Assembly: GCA_025363755.1 (NCBI GenBank)
Contig: JANYLQ010000050.1
Location: forward strand, 70,351 to 134,350
DNA: 64,000 bases
DNA from: Hyphomicrobiales bacterium
GTDB taxonomy: Bacteria; Pseudomonadota; Alphaproteobacteria; Rhizobiales; Aestuariivirgaceae
Direction of reading: 5' to 3'
In this document: in pieces, positions 36,477 to 45,474 of the stretch
Layout of the letters: every line of letters begins with the position of its first letter
Position numbering within the stretch: the first letter of the stretch is position 1
Made by a program: the position numbers and the translations under genes
The notes under the pieces: model-generated
Databases searched by the model: none
Told to the model about the DNA's origin: nothing
The model's input: the letters and a program-made list of their open reading frames with translations, nothing else

Positions 36477-37639
36477 ATTCCAGCAGGAGCCATGTCTTTG
36501 ACGTTCATTTCACTCAACACTTCTTTTATCGCAACGACAACGCGCTGCATCACATCCTGATCGAGCTTTCCGATGGTGCCAATGCGGAAACTATCACGTT
36601 TGGTCAGCTTGCCGGGATAAATGGCAAAACCGCGTTTTCGCAGCGCATCATAAAATATTTCAAATTTAAAATTATTATCGCGCGGGCAAAGGAAGGTTTG
36701 GATGATTGGGCCAGCTTCATTATCATCGAGCAAAGGCCTTATGCCGATTGCCGCCAGCCCTTTGATCAAAGTATCAGCATTGCGTTGATAACGGACGGCT
36801 CGTGCCGCCACACCGCCTTCGAATTCAAGCTCGCGAAGCGCCTGCCTGAACGCTACCAATGAATGCGTGGGCGGCGTGAAGCGAAATTGACCATTGGCCT
36901 CAAGGCCTTTCCACTGCTCATAAAGATCAAGAACCACGGAATGACATTGGCCCTGTGATGCCTCAAGCAATTCGCGCTTTACTAAAACATACGAAAAACC
37001 AGGAATACCCTCGATGCATTTGTTGGACGATGATACCAACACATCAATCTCATCGCGCACCATATCAATATGCATGCCGCCGAAACTCGACATCGCATCC
37101 ACCATGAAGATTTTGCCGCGCTGTTTGGCAGCCCGCGCCAAATCACCCAGCGGATTCACGATGCCAGACGTCGTCTCACAATGGATCAGCCAGATGTGAC
37201 TGATGTTACGGTCTTCGTCCAACTTATCAGTGAAATGTGAAGGCGAAAGCTGTGTCACGTCGCTTTTGCTGACCAAAACATGATTGCGCCCGATGCGCCC
37301 TAAAATCTGTGCCGCACGTTCGCCATAGGCGCCATTGGCCACAACCATTGTTTTAAAACGTTTTGAAGGGGCAAAACAACCCAGCGCTGCCTCAATGGCA
37401 AATGTGCCAGAGCCCTGCATGATGACGCATTCATAAGTGTCATCGCATCCTGCCAAACGCAGAAGTTCCGAACGGATTTCGCGCACAACTTGCCTAAACT
37501 CGGTATCGCGCGAGCCCCAATCTGCCAGCAGTGCAAGCTTTACCGTTTGCGACGTTGTCAATGGTCCGGGGGTCAAAAGGTAAGGCATGTCCTCTTGGCC
37601 TAGCGGACCTTTGAAAGCATGGTGGGGTGTTGCCGTCAT
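36473..37639 (-). CDS. phnW: 2-aminoethylphosphonate:pyruvate aminotransferase
   Basis: 388 aa. LLTPGPLTTS N-terminus and SSNKCIEG lysine motif. ATGA overlap with phnA. Confidence 0.82.
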   Translation of the reverse strand: MTATPHHAFKGPLGQEDMPYLLTPGPLTTSQTVKLALLADWGSRDTEFRQVVREIRSELLRLAGCDDTYECVIMQGSGTFAIEAALGCFAPSKRFKTMVVANGAYGERAAQILGRIGRNHVLVSKSDVTQLSPSHFTDKLDEDRNISHIWLIHCETTSGIVNPLGDLARAAKQRGKIFMVDAMSSFGGMHIDMVRDEIDVLVSSSNKCIEGIPGFSYVLVKRELLEASQGQCHSVVLDLYEQWKGLEANGQFRFTPPTHSLVAFRQALRELEFEGGVAARAVRYQRNADTLIKGLAAIGIRPLLDDNEAGPIIQTFLCPRDNNFKFEIFYDALRKRGFAIYPGKLTKRDSFRIGTIGKLDQDVMQRVVVAIKEVLSEMNVKDMAPAGI

Positions 37640-37754
37640 ATGAATCTCCGAACAATTTGAACCATTAGAGCCGCTTGGTTTGGTTCAGTCAAATGCCCCA
37701 TGTAAATTTAAATAATACTGCTATAGTGAACTAAGGCAACAATAGGGGAAGCAC

Positions 37755-38318
37755 ATGACAATCGGTTACATTATTCTCGGCCTAATTGTAGTCGTGGTGG
37801 GTTATCTTATCGCCGTTTATAATTCACTTGTTTCAAACAAAAACATGGTGGGTGAAGGCTGGAGTGGCATTGACGTGCAGCTGCGCCGCCGCTCCGATTT
37901 AATCCCGAACCTGATTGAGACTGTAAAGGGTTATGCCAGCCACGAAGACAAGCTTTTCAGAGATATTGCCGAACTGCGCGCTAAAAGCATTGCAGGTGGC
38001 AGCGTGGCTGATCAATCAGCAACAGGCCAAGCCATGAGCGTGGCCATGGGCAGATTGTTTGCAATTGCTGAAGCCTATCCCGAACTCAAAGCCGATGCGA
38101 ATTTCCGCGATCTGCAAGATAAGCTCTCTGGTATCGAAGATGAAATTCAACTCTCGCGTCGTTACTATAACGGCACAGTGCGCAATTTTAATACCAAGAT
38201 TGAAAGCTTCCCGAGCAATCTGATTGCCAACAACTTCCATTTCACCAAAGCTGATTTCTTCGATATTGGCGATGCGGCGGCACGCGCAGTGCCCACGGTT
38301 GATTTTAAGCAACGCTAA
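37755..38318 (+). CDS. LemA family protein
   Basis: 187 aa, N-terminal TM. RRSDLIPNLIETVKGYASHE and RRYYNGTVRNFN motifs. Confidence 0.9.
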   Translation: MTIGYIILGLIVVVVGYLIAVYNSLVSNKNMVGEGWSGIDVQLRRRSDLIPNLIETVKGYASHEDKLFRDIAELRAKSIAGGSVADQSATGQAMSVAMGRLFAIAEAYPELKADANFRDLQDKLSGIEDEIQLSRRYYNGTVRNFNTKIESFPSNLIANNFHFTKADFFDIGDAAARAVPTVDFKQR

Positions 38319-40213
38319 TGAAACGCTTCATTATTGCATGTTTGTGCTTCTTCAGTCTGGTGCTGATCGCACATGCGAATGAAGCCATACTCAGGTTCCA
38401 TAGCGATGTGATAGTCAACGCTGATGCGTCGATGGATGTGACCGAAGCGATAACGGTGAAGTCAGAAGGAAACCGCATCCGCCACGGTATTTTTCGCGAT
38501 TTTCCAACGCGCTACACCGATAAGCACGGCGTTCAGGTAACTGTCGAATTTGACGTTCAAAGTGTTTCGCTTGACGGCCATTCTGAACCTTACGCCATCG
38601 AATCCATTTCTAATGGAAAACGCGTTCGCATCGGAAGTAAGGATGTTTTTGTTCAAAGCGGAACCCATAACTATATAATTAAATATCAAACGGCCCGTCA
38701 GCTCGGTTTTTTTGATAAGTTTGATGAGCTGTATTGGAACGTAACTGGCAATGGCTGGGATTTTGAAATTCAGGATGCAAGCGTCAAGATTCAATTGCCC
38801 GTCGGCGCAGTGATCCAGCAGAGTGCAGTCTATACAGGTACTTTTGGTTCATCAGGCAAGGACTCAAAGAGTACTTCTTCATCGTTAAGTGTGTTTTCGG
38901 CCGAAACCACGCGGGTTTTGCATTCAAACGAAGGCCTAACTGTTGCGGTTGCTTGGCAGAAGGGCATTGTGTCGCCTCCTTCACAAAGCCAAGAACGACT
39001 TTGGTGGTTGCGCGATAATATTGGTTTCTTCACCCTTGGTCTGACACTGCTTGGCGTCGCCGGATATTTTTTCAGCGCGTGGGCTCGGGTGGGCCGCGAT
39101 CCACCCAAGGGCGCAATCATTCCACTGTTTCATCCCCCACAAGATTTGGGACCAGCAGGCGTGCGCTATGTTTGGAAACAGGCCTTTGATAACACCGCAG
39201 TTGCTGCCGCGTTCGTCGGTCTTGGTGTTAAGAAATATTTGAAAATAACGAACTCAGTAGGCAAATACACAATTGAAAGATTGGCAGGGCAGGGCGCAGC
39301 GCTAACCACTTCTGAAGCTTCGCTCCACAACTTGATTCCCGAAATTCCGTTTGATCTTGAACAAAGCAACCATGTTAAGATTGCTTCACTCGTCAACAAT
39401 CTTCAGCGCAACCTTGAGAAGGCTTACAACGGTACCTTGTTCCATAATAATTATGGCTGGTTCGCAATTGGCATAATATTGTCAATCATCGGATTGGCAA
39501 TTTCGGCGTTTTTAATTCCTGATGGCTTGGGTATCACGGGCCTGTTTATCGGTGGATTTTCGAGTGCCTTTTGGCTGGTCATACTGACCGTCGGCGGAAT
39601 GGCAATAAAAGGAATTTTTGGCGCGGGCGGATTCTTTTCTAAACTCAAATCCCTTGTTTCGCTCATTTTCATCGTGCCATTTCTTGGAGCGGGAATTGGT
39701 GTTCCCTTTGCATTTTTTTCGTCTGAAACGATCTCGCCGATTCTATTGGCTTTTGTGGGCACGACCATCGCCATCGGTGCGCTCAACATGATGTTCTATT
39801 ATTTGATGCCAGCGCCAACTGTGACAGGGCGGCAGGTGCTGGATCAAATCGAAGGCTTCAGGCTTTACCTTACGACCGCAGAAGAAAAACGACTTGATGA
39901 ATTGAACCCACCCGAAAAAACCCCGGAATTGTTTGAACGCTACTTACCATATGCAATGGCCCTTGATTGTGAAAATGCTTGGAACAAAAAATTCGCCGCA
40001 GTTCTAGCCGCCGCTGCGGCGGCAGGTGCCTCCAGCGCATGGTATGGTTATAGCGGAAATAATGGTGGATATAGTGGCATGGGCGGCAGCTTGGGCGACA
40101 GCCTGGCCTCAACCATTTCATCTTCTGCAACGGCACCAGGTTCATCATCTGGCTCGAGTGGTGGCGGATCATCTGGCGGTGGTGGTGGCGGAGGAGGCGG
40201 GGGCGGTTGGTAA
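38318..40213 (+). CDS. DUF2207-type membrane protein with C-terminal poly-Gly tail
   Basis: Start overlaps the lemA stop. Signal peptide, large exported domain, TM bundle, and an ending of SSGSSGGGSSGGGGGGGGGGGW. Confidence 0.75.
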   Translation: MKRFIIACLCFFSLVLIAHANEAILRFHSDVIVNADASMDVTEAITVKSEGNRIRHGIFRDFPTRYTDKHGVQVTVEFDVQSVSLDGHSEPYAIESISNGKRVRIGSKDVFVQSGTHNYIIKYQTARQLGFFDKFDELYWNVTGNGWDFEIQDASVKIQLPVGAVIQQSAVYTGTFGSSGKDSKSTSSSLSVFSAETTRVLHSNEGLTVAVAWQKGIVSPPSQSQERLWWLRDNIGFFTLGLTLLGVAGYFFSAWARVGRDPPKGAIIPLFHPPQDLGPAGVRYVWKQAFDNTAVAAAFVGLGVKKYLKITNSVGKYTIERLAGQGAALTTSEASLHNLIPEIPFDLEQSNHVKIASLVNNLQRNLEKAYNGTLFHNNYGWFAIGIILSIIGLAISAFLIPDGLGITGLFIGGFSSAFWLVILTVGGMAIKGIFGAGGFFSKLKSLVSLIFIVPFLGAGIGVPFAFFSSETISPILLAFVGTTIAIGALNMMFYYLMPAPTVTGRQVLDQIEGFRLYLTTAEEKRLDELNPPEKTPELFERYLPYAMALDCENAWNKKFAAVLAAAAAAGASSAWYGYSGNNGGYSGMGGSLGDSLASTISSSATAPGSSSGSSGGGSSGGGGGGGGGGGW

Positions 40214-40216
40214 AAC

Positions 40217-40921
40217 CTAACGCGTCTTTCCCAAATACGAATCTATCGCTCCATCATCGTGCATACTAAAAAAAGTCTTACTGGCAATCGGTTCGCGCAC
40301 TTTGCCATTGGCCACAAATATAATTTCATCTGCAGCACGCAAAGCTTCTTCGGGTTGATGCGTCACCATCAAAACAGTCAACCCATGCTCACGCCTTAGG
40401 TCTAAAACCAGATCGAGCATGTCATGTCGCAGCCCTGGGTCCAGCGCCGCAAAGGGCTCATCCAATAAAAGTATCCGGCGCTTGCGCACCACAACTCTTG
40501 CAAGCGCCACACGTTGACGCTCTCCACCTGATATATTCCCCGGCTTGCGCGTTGCATATTGTGAAAGGCCCACCCGGACCAGCGCTGCATCAACCTGCGC
40601 CTTTTGTTCTGCATTCAATTTGAGCGAAGGTGAAACGCCCAACGCCACATTGTCCCACACACTCAAATGCGCAAACACATTATGATCTTGAAAGATCATG
40701 CTGACTGGGCGTGACGCTGGGGAGATATGTTGCATATCGGCGCCATTCAGCCACAGTTTGCCTTGTCCCAAATCCTCAAATCCAGCGATAATAGAAAGCA
40801 GAGTTGATTTACCGGCCCCACTTCCACCCAGTATGGCAGCAAAACTTTGTGGCTTCACATGAAGGTCAACGCCCAACGAGAATTTCTTTTTTTGGAAAAC
40901 TGCATTTTCAATCAAGATCAT
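40217..40921 (-). CDS. thiQ: thiamine ABC transporter ATP-binding protein
   Basis: Walker A GGSGAGKST, signature LSGGERQRVALAR. ATG 40921 has a GGAGA SD inside the end of thiP. Confidence 0.8.
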   Translation of the reverse strand: MILIENAVFQKKKFSLGVDLHVKPQSFAAILGGSGAGKSTLLSIIAGFEDLGQGKLWLNGADMQHISPASRPVSMIFQDHNVFAHLSVWDNVALGVSPSLKLNAEQKAQVDAALVRVGLSQYATRKPGNISGGERQRVALARVVVRKRRILLLDEPFAALDPGLRHDMLDLVLDLRREHGLTVLMVTHQPEEALRAADEIIFVANGKVREPIASKTFFSMHDDGAIDSYLGKTR

Positions 40922-42443
40922 GCGCGTCTCCAAATTTTTGTGCAGCCCATGCGCATATCAAACTCAAAATCGCCAATAGAAAAGCAGTTCCGGCTGCATC
41001 GCTACCTCTGTAATGCCCCATCTGAATTTGAATGAGTGATGGCAAAGTGACGACACCTTGATTGCCGAGAAGTGTGATCGCGGTCAGGTCTCCAATTGAA
41101 AGAATAAACGCCAGCAAGAATGATTGAACCAATGGCCGTGTCATCAATGGCAAATCAATATGCCGTATTTTTTGCCATCCACTCAAAGCCAGCTGCGCGC
41201 AAAGCCTGTCATATTTTTTGCGGTTGCGCTCAAATGCAGGTGCAAGAATCGAAATAACAAAAGGCAAAGCCATTAAAGCATTGAGTGCAATAATAGTGGC
41301 AATCACAACGGACACGCTGTCGCTAAAATCCCGCAATAGAATGAACCATCCCGTTGCCATGACAGCAGGGGGGACGATCAAAGCAGACAAAGCGAGGCCT
41401 TGAGAAAACCAATCAGATTGTTGTGCAATGTTCCAGGCCAGCAACAGAGCAAGGCATGACGAAATCATTCCAATGCCAAAACTAAAACCAGCGGCATTCA
41501 AAACTTGAGGGCTGATCTGTATTTGTGTCATTCCACTTGAAAATAAAGCCAGCAAAGGCGGCAAAACTATAAACGCCCCAAGAGCAATCATTGTAAAGTC
41601 AAAGAACCGCGCGCCAAACCCTCGTCCGTCATAGCGCCGTTGAAACAATTGATTTCCCGCATGGGTCACATTTTGCAACATCACACGGCCTGACAGTGCG
41701 ACCAAACCGAAACATAATACGATTTGAATAAGTGCTAATGTCAACGCACGCCCAATGTCAAAATCGAGCCGCAATGACTGATAGATTGCAACTTCAAGCG
41801 TGGTCGCAGTAGGCCCGCCCAGTGTCAGCACAATCACAAAGCTGGCAGCACACAATAGAAAAATCAGCGCACTCACACGCGGAACAATATTGCGAAAAAC
41901 GGGCCATTCAACATGCCAAAAAAGTTCTCTGTCCGTGAATGAGAGTTGCGCGGAAAGTCGGAAATTTTCAGGCGCAATCTGTTCGCTTGCTTCATAGAAA
42001 AGTCGAACCGCGAGAGGTAGATTGAAAAACACATGTGCCAGCAGAATACCGCCCAAGCCGTAAAGTTCAATCCACCCACCCAGCAAATGTCGGTTACCGT
42101 AAATGGAAGTGAGTGCCAAAACCACGACGATGGCGGGAAGTGCGGTCGGCACCGCAAACAAACGTAACAGCCAGGCATGGCCGGGAAAATCCTGCCGTGC
42201 TAAAGCGCGCGCGATTAAGAGTCCGGGAATCGCAGATAGCACCATTGATAGAAATGCTTGCTCGAGCGTGAAAACCAAAACATCCCAAACCCCAGCATCG
42301 AGCCGAAATGCTGCAATTCCGCCCCTCGAAATGGCAAACCAAATCAACGGCACAAGACCCAAGAAAACGCTGCTCAAAACGAGAGTCTGAGCAGCGAAGT
42401 GTTGATAAGTCCGTTCAGCCATTAACTGCTTTGAACCATTCAT
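40908..42443 (-). CDS. thiP: thiamine ABC transporter permease (duplicated MalFG-type domains)
   Basis: About 510 aa with 12 TM in two permease halves. Alternative ATG at 42422 overlaps the thiB stop. Confidence 0.8.
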   Translation of the reverse strand: MNGSKQLMAERTYQHFAAQTLVLSSVFLGLVPLIWFAISRGGIAAFRLDAGVWDVLVFTLEQAFLSMVLSAIPGLLIARALARQDFPGHAWLLRLFAVPTALPAIVVVLALTSIYGNRHLLGGWIELYGLGGILLAHVFFNLPLAVRLFYEASEQIAPENFRLSAQLSFTDRELFWHVEWPVFRNIVPRVSALIFLLCAASFVIVLTLGGPTATTLEVAIYQSLRLDFDIGRALTLALIQIVLCFGLVALSGRVMLQNVTHAGNQLFQRRYDGRGFGARFFDFTMIALGAFIVLPPLLALFSSGMTQIQISPQVLNAAGFSFGIGMISSCLALLLAWNIAQQSDWFSQGLALSALIVPPAVMATGWFILLRDFSDSVSVVIATIIALNALMALPFVISILAPAFERNRKKYDRLCAQLALSGWQKIRHIDLPLMTRPLVQSFLLAFILSIGDLTAITLLGNQGVVTLPSLIQIQMGHYRGSDAAGTAFLLAILSLICAWAAQKFGDAHDLD

Positions 42444-43413
42444 TGATCCAATCTCGGCGATGCGCGTTCACCTCTTGCGGTGAATAAATCAAAGTCTTCG
42501 CAGGCTTCACGAGTTTATCAAACTCACTAGGCAACGGCGCAGATGTGGCGCTGGCAGGCATCATCCAATTAATTGTCGGAATATTGTCTTGAAAGCCCGG
42601 CGTCAAAATAAAATCCATAAATTTCTGCGCCAAAGCCTTATGCGGCGAAGCTTCAATCACGCCCGCCACTTCAATCTGCAAGTAATGGCCTTCTACAAAA
42701 TTCGCAGCTTGATATTTATCTGTCTTTTCTTCGATCATATGATAGGCGGGCGAGGTGACGTAAGAAAACACCATCGACACTTCACCCTTGGTGAACAACG
42801 CATAAGCTTCATTCCAACCCGGTGCTGTAATCAAAATGCGTTTCTTCAACACCTTCCATTTTTCAGGTGCCTTATCGCCATAAACTGATTTCATCCACAG
42901 CAGAAATCCAAGCCCTGGCGTCGATGAACGAGGATCTTCTAGTGCAATCTTTTGCTTGGGATCGCCGTTTACAAGTTCCTCTAAACTGTTGGGTGGGTTC
43001 TTGATCAACTCAGTATTGTAAACAAAGGCAAAGTGGCCATAGTCATAGGGCAAAAATTCTGTGTCCGTCCAACCGCCCGGCACTTTGGCGCGCGATACAT
43101 CGACACCGTGCTTGCCAAACACGCCCAAATCATGGGCTTCTGCTGTAAGGTTCGTATCAAGCCCTAAAACTACATCAGCCTTGGTGTCCTTGCCTTCAAG
43201 TTTCAATCGATTGAGAACCGCAACGCCGTCGCCCAGCGAAACCCACTTCACTTCGCAATCGCAAGTCTCCTCAAATTTAGCTTTGATTTTTGCGCCCGGG
43301 CCATAATCGCCCACGAAACTTTCATAGGTATATACAGTCAAAACATCCTTGGCCTGCGCAACTGCGCCAAGAGCTAACAACATCGTGGCAGTTAATAGAA
43401 TCTTCTTCATCAT
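42415..43413 (-). CDS. thiB: thiamine/TPP-binding periplasmic protein
   Basis: Signal peptide MMKKILLTATMLLALGAVAQA. Located directly downstream of a TPP riboswitch and upstream of thiP-thiQ. Confidence 0.8.
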   Translation of the reverse strand: MMKKILLTATMLLALGAVAQAKDVLTVYTYESFVGDYGPGAKIKAKFEETCDCEVKWVSLGDGVAVLNRLKLEGKDTKADVVLGLDTNLTAEAHDLGVFGKHGVDVSRAKVPGGWTDTEFLPYDYGHFAFVYNTELIKNPPNSLEELVNGDPKQKIALEDPRSSTPGLGFLLWMKSVYGDKAPEKWKVLKKRILITAPGWNEAYALFTKGEVSMVFSYVTSPAYHMIEEKTDKYQAANFVEGHYLQIEVAGVIEASPHKALAQKFMDFILTPGFQDNIPTINWMMPASATSAPLPSEFDKLVKPAKTLIYSPQEVNAHRRDWINEWFKAVNG

Positions 43414-43459
43414 TCCTCCAAAAGCCAGAAATGCATGAGAGTGGGCCGCCATAGGTGAA

Positions 43460-43565
43460 AGCCCGCTCGCAATCCCTCCGCTGGCATAATCCAGATCAGG
43501 TTCAGCGGGTTTAGGCGGTAAAGCCAGTCTCAGCCAAATAAATGGCACCCCGTTGAGAGCAGCTT
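43460..43565 (-). ncRNA. TPP (THI-box) riboswitch
   Basis: The minus strand reads ...ACGGGGUGCC...GGCUGAGA...ACCCGCUGAACCUGAUCUGGAUUAUGCCAGCGGAGGGA.... All conserved TPP-aptamer blocks are present, about 50 nt before the thiB SD. Confidence 0.92.
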
Positions 43566-43610
43566 TCTTCCTAGACTTGAATAGGTGCGCTGGCAAGATG
43601 CATCTGCTAC

Positions 43611-44270
43611 ATGGTGGCCATGTCGAAAATAGAAGTCTCAAAATTTGTGATTTTATTGGGTGGTCATGTCACACCAACCAAGCGTCTCAAAAAGCAAATG
43701 CAAGGTGCGCGCGTCATTGCTGCAGATAGTGGCATGCAGCATGCTGATGTGCTGGCCCTGAAACCTGAACTCTGGGTCGGTGACTTTGATTCTTCCAGTG
43801 CGCACCTCCAACGCAAACATGAAGAAGTGCTGCGTCAATCCCACCCTGCTGAAAAAGCTGCAACTGACGGTGAATTAGCGATCGCTGAAGCTTTGCGCCG
43901 TGGTGCGACGAGTCTGGTCCTCGTGGGCGGCTTTGGTGGCCAGTTCGATCATACTCTGGCGCATGCAGGATTCTTGTTGGCGCTGGCCAAGCGCGGCATG
44001 GATATTTTTATGACCTCGGGCAACGAAGAAGCCCGCGCCCTTTTTGATGAACTCGAATTTGATGATTTGAGTTTAGGCACCAGACTCAGCATCGCACCCT
44101 TCACGGATTTGCGCGGCCTCACATTATCCGGCGTGAAATGGCCGCTCAGCAAACATGATGTGCCATTAGGCTCAGCACTCACCCTTTCAAACATCATTAT
44201 GGGCACTGTGCGCATCAATTTGCTCTCAGGCTCAGCACTTGTTCTCACCTATCCAACTGAATTGGAATAA
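43611..44270 (+). CDS. thiamine pyrophosphokinase
   Basis: 219 aa. AADSG and GDFDS motifs. Divergent from the riboswitch-thiB unit. Alternative ATG at 43620. Confidence 0.75.
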   Translation: MVAMSKIEVSKFVILLGGHVTPTKRLKKQMQGARVIAADSGMQHADVLALKPELWVGDFDSSSAHLQRKHEEVLRQSHPAEKAATDGELAIAEALRRGATSLVLVGGFGGQFDHTLAHAGFLLALAKRGMDIFMTSGNEEARALFDELEFDDLSLGTRLSIAPFTDLRGLTLSGVKWPLSKHDVPLGSALTLSNIIMGTVRINLLSGSALVLTYPTELE

Positions 44271-44271
44271 C

Positions 44272-45474
44272 ATGACTATTTTTAAAATTGATCGCCTTGG
44301 TTCGAAGGGCGACGGCATTGGTCGCAGTGGCGAGGCCATGATGTTTGTAAATAAAGTAATTGCTGGCGAAGTTATCGAATTGGTTCACGGCAAACTGAAA
44401 CGCATCGTCGAAGCATCGCCCGAAAGACAATCCGCCTTCTGTCAATATTATGACACGTGTGGCGGCTGTAAATTTCAACATTGGCAACATGAACCTTATG
44501 CTGAATGGAAACGCAACCTCGTTGTCGAAGCACTCAGGTCGCAAGGTATTGATTCCGAAGTCTCGCCGCTTGTTGATGCGCACGGGGCAGGGCGCAGACG
44601 TGTTTCACTTCATGTGCGCCAGATCGAAGGCGCGTGGGTCGCGGGCTTCATGGAGGCCAAATCGCATGATCTGGTGGCAATTGATATGTGCCCCGTGCTC
44701 GTGCCGCAATTGGCTCACGCACCTGCATTGGCCGCAAGTTTCGGTCCTTCGCTTGGAAATTGTGATGTGATGATTACAGTTGCCGATAATGGTTTGGATG
44801 TAGCGATCAAGGCTGAACGTCAAGCTGCCAACAAACACATCGCTCAATTCCGTGTTATCATGGAAAACTACAAAATCATGCGTCTCGCGCTGAATGATGA
44901 AGTGGTGGCCCAGCTCACAACACCAACCATCGCCATTGGTCCTGCACATCTTCAACTGCCGGTGAATTCATTTCTGCAAGCAACAGCTGCTGGCGAAGAT
45001 GAATTGGTGCGCTTAGCCAAAACTCATCTCAGTAGAGCCAAAAAAATTCTCGATCTATTTTGCGGCGTCGGGCCCTTCACGTTCAGGTTGGCCGAGATTG
45101 GAAAAGTGCATGGCATCGACTTGGATAAAAATGCAGTTGCGTCGCTCCTGCAAGCCACAAGATTTGTCCAAGGGCTCAAGCCTATAACTGCTGTAGCCCG
45201 AGATCTTTTCGATAACCCGTTGGTGCCAGAAGAGCTGAACGAGTATGATTCAGTCATCTTCGATCCGCCGCGTGCGGGAGCCGAGACCCAAGCCAAGAAC
45301 CTCGCAAAATCAAAGGTAAAACGCATTGTGTCCGTAGCATGCGACGTCCAAAGTTTCGCCCGCGATGCAGCGATATTGGTGAAGGGTGGTTATAAATTAG
45401 GACAGGTTACGCCCGTTGACCAATTCAAATATTCTGCCCATGTCGAAATCGTAGGAAGCTTTACGCGGCGATAG
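44272..45474 (+). CDS. RumA/TrmA-family RNA (uracil-5)-methyltransferase
   Basis: FeS cysteines CQYYDTCGGC, SAM motif FDPPRAG, catalytic VSCD. Confidence 0.8.
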   Translation: MTIFKIDRLGSKGDGIGRSGEAMMFVNKVIAGEVIELVHGKLKRIVEASPERQSAFCQYYDTCGGCKFQHWQHEPYAEWKRNLVVEALRSQGIDSEVSPLVDAHGAGRRRVSLHVRQIEGAWVAGFMEAKSHDLVAIDMCPVLVPQLAHAPALAASFGPSLGNCDVMITVADNGLDVAIKAERQAANKHIAQFRVIMENYKIMRLALNDEVVAQLTTPTIAIGPAHLQLPVNSFLQATAAGEDELVRLAKTHLSRAKKILDLFCGVGPFTFRLAEIGKVHGIDLDKNAVASLLQATRFVQGLKPITAVARDLFDNPLVPEELNEYDSVIFDPPRAGAETQAKNLAKSKVKRIVSVACDVQSFARDAAILVKGGYKLGQVTPVDQFKYSAHVEIVGSFTRR

